Made by a program: the position numbers and the translations under genes. Shown here in pieces: positions 27,694 through 36,554 of a stretch of 62,948 nucleotides of DNA (within the stretch, counting starts at the first letter, position 1; every line of letters starts with the position of its first letter). Origin of the DNA: an uncultured Gammaproteobacteria bacterium (GTDB lineage Bacteria > Patescibacteriota > Patescibacteriia > Magasanikbacterales > GWA2-37-8); NCBI GenBank assembly GCA_964510495.1, contig CAZECR010000002.1:13767-76714 (forward strand), given 5' to 3'. The notes beneath the pieces are model-generated. The model did not search any database. It worked only from the letters and a program-made list of their open reading frames with translations, and was not told the origin of the DNA.

Positions 27694-28986
27694 TTATCGT
27701 ACTTTAAAAATATTAGTTATCGGCGCACCTTTGATAGCTGAACTAAGCTTATTCGTAATTAATAATTTTTTCAGGTTTGCAAAAACTTCGGCATACACAC
27801 CAATGAGACCATCAATGTCTTTCTGCGTATGGCTGAAACTGATATTATGCTGACCGTGCCAAAAATATCCTCGGCCAATAATTTCTTGCTGCAGGTAACT
27901 ACTGATGATGAGTGATGAATATTTTTTATAGTCACTTACGTCAAGCATCGTCCAACACGGCAAACCTTTGATCTTGAGGACATCTTCAAGGCCATTTTTT
28001 TGTATAAGCTCGGTTGTTTTTTGAGCGAGATAGGCACCCTTTATCCAAATAAATTCGGGAACCCGCTTCTGTTCAAGTTCTTTAATAGTCGCAACAGCGG
28101 CAGCCATAGAAAGTGCCTCACCCCCATTGGTAAAGGAGTAAAATATATTACAAACCTCCTTCATGTATTTTTTCTTTCCAACGAGCGCGGAGAGTGGCAT
28201 ACCATTAGACATCGATTTACCAAATGCAGCCAAATCCGGCGTTACTCCAAACAACTTCTGTGCACCGCCAAGACCATACCGGAAACCTGTTATAACTTCA
28301 TCAAAAATAAGGAGCGCACCATTTTCATGAGCCAGCGCCTTTACTTTCTTCAGAAAATCATTGGTTGGCTCGGTAAAATTTACTGGCTCCATGATTACGG
28401 CTGCAATCTTGTTTTTGTGTTCTTTAAAAATCTTTTTGAGGGATTCAATATCATTATAAACAAATTTATGGGTGAGCTCTCTGGTAGCAGCCGGAACACC
28501 CTGATTGCGGGTCGTTGTTCCAATATACCAATCATGCCAACCATGATATCCGCACGCCGCAATATGATCTCTGCCCGTCGCCGCTCGAGCAACACGAATC
28601 GCGCCCGTCGTTACATCTGATCCGTTTTTACCAAAACGTACCATCTCAGCACAGGGAATATGCTTAATGAGGAGCTCAGACAGTTCATATTCAAGCGGTG
28701 AGGCCATGGAAAAGATAATGCCTTTTTCAAGCTGCGTCTTAATTGCATCATCAACCGCTTTATACCGATAGCCCAGAATAACAGGCAGGAGACCGTTTAT
28801 AAAATCAACGTACTTATTACCATCAATATCCCAGATATGCGCCCCCTGACCTCGCTCCATAAAAAGTGGCGCCTGCCCTTTGATATACTGGAGCGAACTT
28901 TTACTAAACGTCTGTGAACCAAGTGGAATTATTTTCTCCGCTTTCGCAAATAATTCATGACTTTTTTTATACCGAGGGTTAAGCAT
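27694..28986 (-). CDS. class-III PLP aminotransferase (glutamate-1-semialdehyde aminomutase-like)
   Basis: IPLGSQTFSKS, LIFDEVITGFR, AAFGKSMSNG (Lys). 430 aa. Confidence 0.85.
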   Translation of the reverse strand: MLNPRYKKSHELFAKAEKIIPLGSQTFSKSSLQYIKGQAPLFMERGQGAHIWDIDGNKYVDFINGLLPVILGYRYKAVDDAIKTQLEKGIIFSMASPLEYELSELLIKHIPCAEMVRFGKNGSDVTTGAIRVARAATGRDHIAACGYHGWHDWYIGTTTRNQGVPAATRELTHKFVYNDIESLKKIFKEHKNKIAAVIMEPVNFTEPTNDFLKKVKALAHENGALLIFDEVITGFRYGLGGAQKLFGVTPDLAAFGKSMSNGMPLSALVGKKKYMKEVCNIFYSFTNGGEALSMAAAVATIKELEQKRVPEFIWIKGAYLAQKTTELIQKNGLEDVLKIKGLPCWTMLDVSDYKKYSSLIISSYLQQEIIGRGYFWHGQHNISFSHTQKDIDGLIGVYAEVFANLKKLLITNKLSSAIKGAPITNIFKVR

Positions 28987-28993
28987 ATATGTG

Positions 28994-29530
28994 TTAGTTA
29001 AGACCTGAATTATACATTTTCATGACGACCATGTCAAAGTATTTTTGGCCATGTTTCTTGGCTTTTTTCTCTACATGATCAACTACAAAACCAACTTTTT
29101 CATACGTTCTGATCGCTGCTGCATTCTCTGAAATTACACCAAGCTCAATTTCAATGAGACCAAGAGTTTTAAAAGCAAATTGTATCATCACCTTAATAGC
29201 GTCGGTTGCGTACCCTTTCCCCCACTCTGCCTTATCACCAATAATAATGCCGATCAGTGCCCCACGAGTCTGCCAATCGATAGGTTCTAGTTTTATATTG
29301 CCGATATGCTTATTGCTTTCCTTTAAAAAAATACCAACAAAAAATGAGTTGGGGTCCTCCATTTGCTTACGGATATATTCTTTCACTTCTTCAATAGTCG
29401 ATTTTCTCGTTTCAAGATAGACATTTACTTCGGGATCATTCAGCCAATTACAATACTCCTGCGTGGCATTTTCAGGGGCAAGTGTTTTAAGATAAATCTT
29501 TTCTCCATTAATAATTTCTTCAAAAATCAT
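28994..29530 (-). CDS. GNAT-family N-acetyltransferase (PseH-position candidate)
   Basis: WGKGYATDAIKVMIQFAFKTLGLIEIELGVISENAAAIRTYEKVGF. The ATG at 29530 (MIFEEII) abuts the upstream stop at 29532. The ORF-track start at 29557 is an over-extension. Confidence 0.8.
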   Translation of the reverse strand: MIFEEIINGEKIYLKTLAPENATQEYCNWLNDPEVNVYLETRKSTIEEVKEYIRKQMEDPNSFFVGIFLKESNKHIGNIKLEPIDWQTRGALIGIIIGDKAEWGKGYATDAIKVMIQFAFKTLGLIEIELGVISENAAAIRTYEKVGFVVDHVEKKAKKHGQKYFDMVVMKMYNSGLN

Positions 29531-29531
29531 A

Positions 29532-30296
29532 TCACGCCTTAATTCGGACCGGCACACCGTGCGTGTGCAAATAATTTCTCATTTTAATAACATTTTGATC
29601 AGTAAAGTGAAGCAGGCTTCCGAGTGATACCGCGGAAGCGCCACTTTCCACAATCGCTCGGCGTAAATCTTCAAGGTCTCCCGCTCCGCCCGAAGCAATC
29701 ACCGGAATACCGACTGCGTTCGTCACTTTTTTTAACATTTCAAAATCATACCCTTTTCGCATTCCTTCGTGATTTATGCTGGTAAACATAATTTCACCCG
29801 CGCCTAGTGCTTCGACCTTTTTTGCAAAGGAGATGGGATCAAGGCCAGTCGCCACAGAGCCGCTGTGAGTAAAGACTTCAAAAACACCAGCATCGTTAAG
29901 TTTATAATCAATCGAGACAACAATACACTGCTTACCATATTTTTCTGCTCCCGCAGTAATGATTCCGGGGTTTTCCACTGCTGCTGTATTGATAGCCACC
30001 TTATCTGCGCCGATTCTGAGCAGGTTATGTATATCTTCCATAGTTCTAACTCCCCCACCGACGGTAAGCGGCATAAAACACTCCTCAGCTGTAGCCGAAA
30101 TAATGTCGTACAAAATACCCCGCTCAGCTTCGCTCGCGGTAATATCCAAAAAAATCAACTCATCAGCCCCTTGGGCGTCGTAAATTTTAGCATTCGTAAC
30201 GGGGTGTCCGGTGTCGCGATGACTGTCAAAATTAACGCCTTTGACACAGCGCCCCCCTTTGACGAGTAAACAAGGAATGATTCTGTTTTTAATCAT
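29532..30296 (-). CDS. hisF: imidazole glycerol phosphate synthase cyclase subunit paralog (HisF-like, WbuZ/HisF2 type)
   Basis: RIIPCLLVKGGRCVKGVNF, DELIFLDITAS, GADKVAINTAAV, IASGGAG. ATGA overlap with the HisH-like gene. Confidence 0.9.
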   Translation of the reverse strand: MIKNRIIPCLLVKGGRCVKGVNFDSHRDTGHPVTNAKIYDAQGADELIFLDITASEAERGILYDIISATAEECFMPLTVGGGVRTMEDIHNLLRIGADKVAINTAAVENPGIITAGAEKYGKQCIVVSIDYKLNDAGVFEVFTHSGSVATGLDPISFAKKVEALGAGEIMFTSINHEGMRKGYDFEMLKKVTNAVGIPVIASGGAGDLEDLRRAIVESGASAVSLGSLLHFTDQNVIKMRNYLHTHGVPVRIKA

Positions 30297-30943
30297 ACAT
30301 TCCACGGGCTACCGAGTGCTATAAAATTCTCTAAAATAGTGAGGCCAACTTTCTGACTCTTTTCAGGGTGAAATTGTGTGGCAAAAATATTTTCTTTTTG
30401 AACGGCAGCTACAAATTGTAAACCATACTCTGCTGTAGCGACGACCTCAGCGGGGTTCGCACATACCATATGATAACTATGCACGAAATAAAAATCTGTT
30501 CCCGCAGCAATATTTTTAAACAGTGGCGATACCGTTTGAGTAAACTGTAGATCATTCCAACCAACCTGAGGAACTTTTAAAGAACTGCCCGGTAACGCAA
30601 ATTGCTTAACCTCAGCATCAAGCCAACCAAGTCCAGCATGTTTGCCGAACTCATCACTTTCCCGAGCAATAAGCTGCATACCAAGACAAATACCCAGGAA
30701 AGGTTTTTTTTCTACAAGAACAGCGGTCGTGAGCGGCTCAATCAGGGCGAACTCGCGCAAATTTTTCATCCCGTCTCCATACGCACCCACTCCCGGCAAA
30801 ACAATATGGGTAGCATTTTTAATTACCTCGGAATCTCTTGAGACAATTGCGCTGGCGCCCAAATATTCAAAGGCTTTCGCCACTGAGCGCACGTTCCCCA
30901 TGTCATAGTCGACAATTACGATTTCGAGTTTTTCTTGTCCCAT
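30293..30943 (-). CDS. hisH: glutamine amidotransferase subunit paralog (HisH-like, WbuY/HisH2 type)
   Basis: IVIVDYDMGNVRSVAKAFEYLG, GICLGMQL (catalytic Cys), QFHPEKS. Confidence 0.9.
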   Translation of the reverse strand: MGQEKLEIVIVDYDMGNVRSVAKAFEYLGASAIVSRDSEVIKNATHIVLPGVGAYGDGMKNLREFALIEPLTTAVLVEKKPFLGICLGMQLIARESDEFGKHAGLGWLDAEVKQFALPGSSLKVPQVGWNDLQFTQTVSPLFKNIAAGTDFYFVHSYHMVCANPAEVVATAEYGLQFVAAVQKENIFATQFHPEKSQKVGLTILENFIALGSPWNV

Positions 30944-32061
30944 ATATCTTGATCCCAGAGCGGCAACCCCTTACGAGTAGTCGAAAAATCATGCTGATAC
31001 GGAGCCACCTGGTTGCTGATTGCCATCTGGTTGAACTCATCCTCGGTTATATTAACATACTTAAGAAAAGAATCGAGGACAGCCGGACGAAGACCATCGT
31101 ATTCGAGCATTAATTTTTCTCCTTCGTCGCGGGTCATGCGGCCGTTACGAATATCAATACTGGCCAGGTGCGCAGTCCGACCGAGTCCACGTTTGATAAA
31201 CTTAAGATAATCACGAACACCCTGGAACATACATTCGATTTTTTCATACGAGTAGTTTGGCGGCACGCCTTCAACCTGATCACCCTGCCAGTCCAGTTCT
31301 CGCTGAATAATTTCTACCTGCTTTTTGACATCCCAAGGAATATAGCTCCCCAGACACACCGAACGATACTTAATTGCCCTGAGGTCCTTTAGTGCTGGGT
31401 AGCGGAAAGGTTCAAGGTCACGCAGCGTAATGCCCGGTATCATACCAGCCATATCTTCCGCATTAATCCCCAGGTTCACAAAACGATTAAACCGCTTTTC
31501 ATCAACCTCTTCCTTTTCCTCATACGAATAATAACCACCGTATTCAGCGCTCGGTTCACCCCAGATAATGAGTGGGATACTATACTTCACCGCAATTTGC
31601 ATGGGGTAGGCAAAGATTCCCGTATGACAATGCCAACAAAAATCGCCTTTTCGTTTTAAAGATTCAAGCATTAATTTTTTTACCACTTTAACGTTCGGGC
31701 GGAACGAAAGAAAATCTACCCCCATCTGCATAAGCGTATGCTGACGATTTTCAAGTGTTTTTGGTCGATAAAATCCATGATCAAAACTAACAACCAACGG
31801 TTTGAGGCCAAAATTTTTCACCAGCTCAAGAACAGTATAGGTGCTATCCTTCCCACCACTAAACGGAACGATACAATCATACGCACCCTTACCACGGTAC
31901 TCATCAAGCAATTTGACGAATTCTGCTTTTCTGCCTTCCCAGTCAATCTCTTCCTGTTTCACCTGCACATTTCTACAAACATTGCAGATCCCTTCAGCAT
32001 CATAGGTGATTGATTCCCAAGTTTCAGGCATGAGGCAGCGGGTACATCGTTTTAATTCCAT
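30916..32061 (-). CDS. N-acetyl sugar amidotransferase (WbuX/WbpG/PseA-type PP-loop enzyme)
   Basis: N-terminal zinc-ribbon CTRCLMPETWESITYDAEGICNVCRN. PP-loop PFSGGKDSTY. 381 aa. Lies directly upstream of the HisH/HisF paralogs. Confidence 0.85.
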   Translation of the reverse strand: MELKRCTRCLMPETWESITYDAEGICNVCRNVQVKQEEIDWEGRKAEFVKLLDEYRGKGAYDCIVPFSGGKDSTYTVLELVKNFGLKPLVVSFDHGFYRPKTLENRQHTLMQMGVDFLSFRPNVKVVKKLMLESLKRKGDFCWHCHTGIFAYPMQIAVKYSIPLIIWGEPSAEYGGYYSYEEKEEVDEKRFNRFVNLGINAEDMAGMIPGITLRDLEPFRYPALKDLRAIKYRSVCLGSYIPWDVKKQVEIIQRELDWQGDQVEGVPPNYSYEKIECMFQGVRDYLKFIKRGLGRTAHLASIDIRNGRMTRDEGEKLMLEYDGLRPAVLDSFLKYVNITEDEFNQMAISNQVAPYQHDFSTTRKGLPLWDQDIWDKKNSKS

Positions 32062-32079
32062 ATGTACAAAATTAGAAGT

Positions 32080-33414
32080 TTAAAACTGCTTTTTATAGAC
32101 AAAATCAACTAATCCTTTTTCTTTAAACCGCACTAAATAAGTATACACTTTTTCAAACGATACTTCATGCTTAATCGCGATATCAAGAATAGACATATTT
32201 TCTTCCATGTACCGAAAGACATGATTCATGAGCTCGTTCCAGCGCTTTTGATCTTCTGCTCGATCCTCGGTTCGTTGCGACGGATCATCCCCCGGCGATA
32301 TATACAGATCATACTTTGGATTGCTGAGCGCGATCAAACCAGTAAACTTTCTTTTTAAGAAACAATCTTTTTCAATAATATCCACCATACTCATAATTAT
32401 ACGATCGGTTTCTTCCAGACGTCCTTCATTCATGAGATTGATATTATCCGAATCAAGATGGTATTCGGGATACAAATAATCCATGGACTGACAACGTGAA
32501 ACTGAAATCATCGGCACTTCATAACCAGGGGCCTCCCATACACATTCGTCATTTCCTAAAAATTTTCGATACCCCGCGCTCCAATAACCAACAGCTTCGT
32601 GCTTAAGCACGTGATGACCAACCTTATCAATATAGCTAGTACCGGTAAAACTTTCTTGTAGAGAAAAAACCGGATTATCATGACCCACCATCTCCATAAA
32701 GATTCCGAGTTTCATTTTTTTGATTTCTTGCGGATCTTTATTGGCCAAGTAAAAAACCGTACCCATATGCTCTGGAGCGACGACGAGGCGATATGTGTAC
32801 CTCGTTTTGCGTTGCAATAACTTTTCCATGACACTCATAAAAACAACATACCCGGCTGGCCCGTCATTCAACTGAGCAGCATGACAATTATGAGCGTTAA
32901 AGATAATCATATCTTCACACTCACCCTGGTGAGTTATTTCGAGCACCTTCATTTCTCCATCGGCGTGTTCGGTAACGAGCTCTACTTCGTAATCCCCTTC
33001 TTCGAGTTTCAAAAACTGGTTATGCGGCATTGAAAAACCCCAGTTCTGTATAAATGGTTTATAATACAAATCACAATGATACACGATATTATCCGGTTGT
33101 TCAGCCGAATAAAAAAGATGCTTTTTTAATTCTTCTAAAGAGACAGTGCCGGTAAAAGACTGTGAGGAACCAATCACCGCTAGCGGATGCTGCATACCAT
33201 CATAGACCACCTTACCGTTCTTCTTGATGAGTGCTTTTTTAACTTCCCACTTTTTCGGAACATACCAACCATTAAATTCAGCACCTGACGGATATTTAAA
33301 AACCGTAAAAGGAAGCTGCGCGCACAAAATTTTATTTTGCTCATCAGCACCATCAGAAACTGGCGTAGTGAATAAGCCGTTAATTTTTCGTAAAACGTCC
33401 ATTTTTGCTTCCAT
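32080..33414 (-). CDS. aminopeptidase-like domain protein of polysaccharide loci (DUF4910/DUF2172-type), C-terminal winged-helix-like tail
   Basis: 444 aa. The assignment rests on remembered family features (N-terminal PFTVFKYPSGAEFNGWYVPKKWEV region, about 440 aa, glycan-locus context). Needs HMM confirmation. Confidence 0.5.
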   Translation of the reverse strand: MEAKMDVLRKINGLFTTPVSDGADEQNKILCAQLPFTVFKYPSGAEFNGWYVPKKWEVKKALIKKNGKVVYDGMQHPLAVIGSSQSFTGTVSLEELKKHLFYSAEQPDNIVYHCDLYYKPFIQNWGFSMPHNQFLKLEEGDYEVELVTEHADGEMKVLEITHQGECEDMIIFNAHNCHAAQLNDGPAGYVVFMSVMEKLLQRKTRYTYRLVVAPEHMGTVFYLANKDPQEIKKMKLGIFMEMVGHDNPVFSLQESFTGTSYIDKVGHHVLKHEAVGYWSAGYRKFLGNDECVWEAPGYEVPMISVSRCQSMDYLYPEYHLDSDNINLMNEGRLEETDRIIMSMVDIIEKDCFLKRKFTGLIALSNPKYDLYISPGDDPSQRTEDRAEDQKRWNELMNHVFRYMEENMSILDIAIKHEVSFEKVYTYLVRFKEKGLVDFVYKKQF

Positions 33415-33421
33415 ATGTCTT

Positions 33422-34450
33422 TTAATTAGTAGCTACAAGCCCGCTGGCACCATAGACAGCCTTAAAAGTTGCAGCTTTTTCAAGGACTACACTCGAAGTA
33501 TAAAACCGATCGCCAAGGCAGAGGGCATCTTTAATATCTACACCTTGTTCATTCACTACGTGCGCTATTTTTAACAAAGCCCCGACCGTAGCGACATACA
33601 CCGCTTCAACATCTTTCCGCACAATTAAACCTGCTGTAAAGGGGTGGTACGATTCTTCACCTGACATTTTTTCACAGTCTTTAAGTACCACTTGAATATT
33701 TTGTATCGTAGTTGCAGCGCCCGCGTACGGCTCATCAAACGCACAAATAAAACGATAAATATCACTTCCTGACCACGCCCAATTAATAAAACCGTTAGTG
33801 GCAGTATGCAAAAAGGGATAGTAGGAACTGTGCGATTCATCTAGCCCAGTAATTTCAAAATTTTTACCATCTTTAATTTCCTGTAAAAATTCATTCAAAA
33901 AATCAAGTTCAATTCCTAACTGATAATTAATATAGTCAATCGGCTTTCTTAAGCCCACCGGAAAATCAAAGGCTCTCATTTTAACAATTTCACCTTTATG
34001 AAACATTTTTTCTCCCCCATAAATGATTTGTAGGTTTACGGACCCGTGATTATTACCATGTAAAATCCTCCAGGTATGATGTGCGCCCCCGCGGTACATA
34101 GGCAAATCTATACTCATGAAATCCAAAAAGTATCTGGGTTTAAACAGCCTGGCTGTTTCCTCGGTGAAGGGCCAAGCCGCTCCCATGCCGATTCCAAGGA
34201 CGTTTCCAACCACTTCTCGGCGCAAGTGCTCGTCATTGTTTATATCTTCTGACTCATAGTACCGCACACCTGCTTTTTTGAGTACCTGGCGGAGAGTCAT
34301 ATCGTACATTTCTTCTTCTAGATGACGCTTCGCACTAAAAACAACAACTTCCACACTTAAGGTAGCGTGTGCACGTTTTATAAATTCACTCACCAGATAC
34401 GATCCGCCGAGTACAATTATTTTTTCAATTTTTTCGTACCGAAATTCCAT
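33422..34450 (-). CDS. formyltransferase-like protein (Fmt/ArnA N-domain type)
   Basis: 342 aa. It starts with a Rossmann-like strand (KIIVLGGSYLVSEF). DLPMYRGGAHHTWRIL occupies the place of the HxSLLPxxRG block. The match is degenerate. Confidence 0.45.
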   Translation of the reverse strand: MEFRYEKIEKIIVLGGSYLVSEFIKRAHATLSVEVVVFSAKRHLEEEMYDMTLRQVLKKAGVRYYESEDINNDEHLRREVVGNVLGIGMGAAWPFTEETARLFKPRYFLDFMSIDLPMYRGGAHHTWRILHGNNHGSVNLQIIYGGEKMFHKGEIVKMRAFDFPVGLRKPIDYINYQLGIELDFLNEFLQEIKDGKNFEITGLDESHSSYYPFLHTATNGFINWAWSGSDIYRFICAFDEPYAGAATTIQNIQVVLKDCEKMSGEESYHPFTAGLIVRKDVEAVYVATVGALLKIAHVVNEQGVDIKDALCLGDRFYTSSVVLEKAATFKAVYGASGLVATN

Positions 34451-34462
34451 AATTTGAAAAAA

Positions 34463-35572
34463 TTAACGTGCTGCAAAAAATTCTTTAATTAAATCACAGA
34501 CATAGCTAACGTCGCGACGGCTAAGATGGGTGAATAATGGCAGTGTTATGGCCGTCTCATGATACAGGTCAGCAACCGGACAGGCTACTTTTGTATATCC
34601 TAATTTTTTATAAAATGGATGCGAGTATACCGTTGGGTAATGAAAATTAACACCAACACCTTTCTTTTGCAAAAAATGATACAGGGGCAAACGCTGACGA
34701 GAATCACTCGTACGAATAACATAGATATGCCAGCCGCTATAGGTGTGGGAGAGTTCGAGGGGCAGGATTATGTTTTTTTCTTTCGACAATAGTTGGTTAT
34801 ATAATTTAACGAGACTGTGGCGGGACTTGATAAAGGAGTTGATTCTCGTAAGCTGACTTCTGCCAAGCGCCGCCTGAAGATCATTAAGCCGATAATTGTA
34901 ACCCAGCTCACTCATAACATTAAAACCATTCTTATCTTTAACAAGACCATGGCTTCGAAGTAGTTTCATTTTGGTATAGAGAGCTTTATCGTTAGTCACG
35001 ATCGCCCCACCTTCTCCTGTAGTAATTGCCTTAACCGGATGAAAACTAAAAACCGTCGCCGCACTTTTAAGGTTACCGACGGGCTTGCTTTTATATCGCG
35101 CACCAAGGGCATGACAGGCATCTTCGATAACAACGAGGTGATACTTCTTGGCGATACGATAGATGGCATCCATCTCACAAGGATGACCAAAAATATGAAC
35201 GGGGACAATTGCTTTGGTTTTTTTGGTAATCAGCTCTTCGATCTTAGTTTCATCAATATTGCAGGTGTCGCTTCTAATATCGCAAAAAACAGGTTTAGCG
35301 CCAATTGCAACCAGCATATTAGCAGTACCCACAAAAGTATTAGCAGTGGTGATTACTTCGTCACCAGACTTAATTCCAGCGGCTAGATAGGCAGCATGTA
35401 ACGCCACCGTTCCATTAGCTACAGCGACTGCATACTTGGCTCCTGTGTACCGTGCAAGCGCCTCTTCAAACCGACTAACCTCCGGACCCTGGGTCAACCA
35501 ATCAGAACGTAGTACTGTTGAAACACGTTGAATATCTTTTTTGGATATCGATTGATGCCCGTAAGGAATCAT
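34463..35572 (-). CDS. pseC: UDP-4-amino-4,6-dideoxy-N-acetyl-beta-L-altrosamine transaminase-like (DegT family)
   Basis: MIPYGHQSISKKDIQRVSTVLRSDWLTQGPEV is the typical PseC N-terminus. FSFHPVKAIT carries the lysine. ATGA overlap with pseB. Confidence 0.8.
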   Translation of the reverse strand: MIPYGHQSISKKDIQRVSTVLRSDWLTQGPEVSRFEEALARYTGAKYAVAVANGTVALHAAYLAAGIKSGDEVITTANTFVGTANMLVAIGAKPVFCDIRSDTCNIDETKIEELITKKTKAIVPVHIFGHPCEMDAIYRIAKKYHLVVIEDACHALGARYKSKPVGNLKSAATVFSFHPVKAITTGEGGAIVTNDKALYTKMKLLRSHGLVKDKNGFNVMSELGYNYRLNDLQAALGRSQLTRINSFIKSRHSLVKLYNQLLSKEKNIILPLELSHTYSGWHIYVIRTSDSRQRLPLYHFLQKKGVGVNFHYPTVYSHPFYKKLGYTKVACPVADLYHETAITLPLFTHLSRRDVSYVCDLIKEFFAAR

Positions 35573-36549
35573 ACATTTTCAAGTAATTCTTTAAACTCTT
35601 CAATTGTGAGCCAAACAGCATTGGAATCACTTGCAAATTGAAAATTCTCAGGAACCTTAGGAAGAGCAGCGTATTTCTGGTAACGCTCCGAAGTAGTATC
35701 TAAAAACTCAGGCAAAACTATATAATGATTTTCTGTTTCGACAGCATGCCGTGATTCCTGATTTGTTAACAAAACTTCGTGCAACTTTTCCCCAGGACGG
35801 ATACCGCTGATAACCTTTTTAGCCGCCGGGACAAGCGCTTCAAACAAGTTTTTAACGAGCTGACTAGGAGCTTTCGGAATAAAAATTTCACCACCCTCAC
35901 CCTCTTTAAGCGCCTTCATAACGAGCTCCATACTCTGCTTGAGAGTTAACCAGAACCGGCTCATGCGTTCATCAGTAATATAGACCGTATCAACATCTTT
36001 CTTCTTAAGAAGTGTTTCAACAATACTACCGCGACTACCGATAACATTACCGTAGCGCACGACAACAAATTTGCATCGGTTAGCAGAGTATGAATTTGCT
36101 CCAATAAATAATTTTTCGGCGCACAATTTGGTGGCTCCGTATAAATTTACCGGGTGTGCCGCTTTATCAGTTGAAATCAGCACTGCTTTCTCCACCCCCT
36201 GATCAATACAAGCTTCCAAAATATTTTGCGTTCCTAGTATATTGGTTTTTACCGCCTCAAAAGGATTGTATTCGAGTGCCGGAACCTGCTTAAGGGCTGC
36301 AGCATGAATTACTACGTCTACACCACAGAGTGCACGCTGCAATCGCGGCAAATCACGCACATCGCCAATAAAAAAGCGCAACCTTGGATCAACGATCTCT
36401 TTCTCCATCTGGAATTGCTTGAGCTCGTCACGACTAAAAACAATCAACTTTTTCAAGTTAAAATTCTCAAGCAAATACTTGGTGAAACTCTTGCCAAAAG
36501 AACCTGTTCCACCGGTAATTAATACTGTTTTGTTATCAAGGCTAAACAT
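35569..36549 (-). CDS. pseB: UDP-N-acetylglucosamine 4,6-dehydratase (inverting), PseB/FlaA1 type
   Basis: KTVLITGGTGSFGKSF, LKKLIVFSRDELKQ, YGATKLCAEKLF. 326 aa. Confidence 0.9.
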   Translation of the reverse strand: MFSLDNKTVLITGGTGSFGKSFTKYLLENFNLKKLIVFSRDELKQFQMEKEIVDPRLRFFIGDVRDLPRLQRALCGVDVVIHAAALKQVPALEYNPFEAVKTNILGTQNILEACIDQGVEKAVLISTDKAAHPVNLYGATKLCAEKLFIGANSYSANRCKFVVVRYGNVIGSRGSIVETLLKKKDVDTVYITDERMSRFWLTLKQSMELVMKALKEGEGGEIFIPKAPSQLVKNLFEALVPAAKKVISGIRPGEKLHEVLLTNQESRHAVETENHYIVLPEFLDTTSERYQKYAALPKVPENFQFASDSNAVWLTIEEFKELLENV

Positions 36550-36554
36550 AGTCC

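Noticed and set aside
28000-28620. 206-aa ORF antisense to the class-III aminotransferase gene
   Set aside because: It is embedded in a well-supported CDS on the other strand. It is Arg/Ile/Phe-rich with no recognisable domain. I treat it as a shadow ORF.
29532-30943. hisF/hisH as histidine biosynthesis genes
   Set aside because: They directly follow a WbuX/WbpG-type PP-loop amidotransferase, overlap it, and have no other his genes nearby. This matches the known LPS-associated HisH2/HisF2 paralog context.
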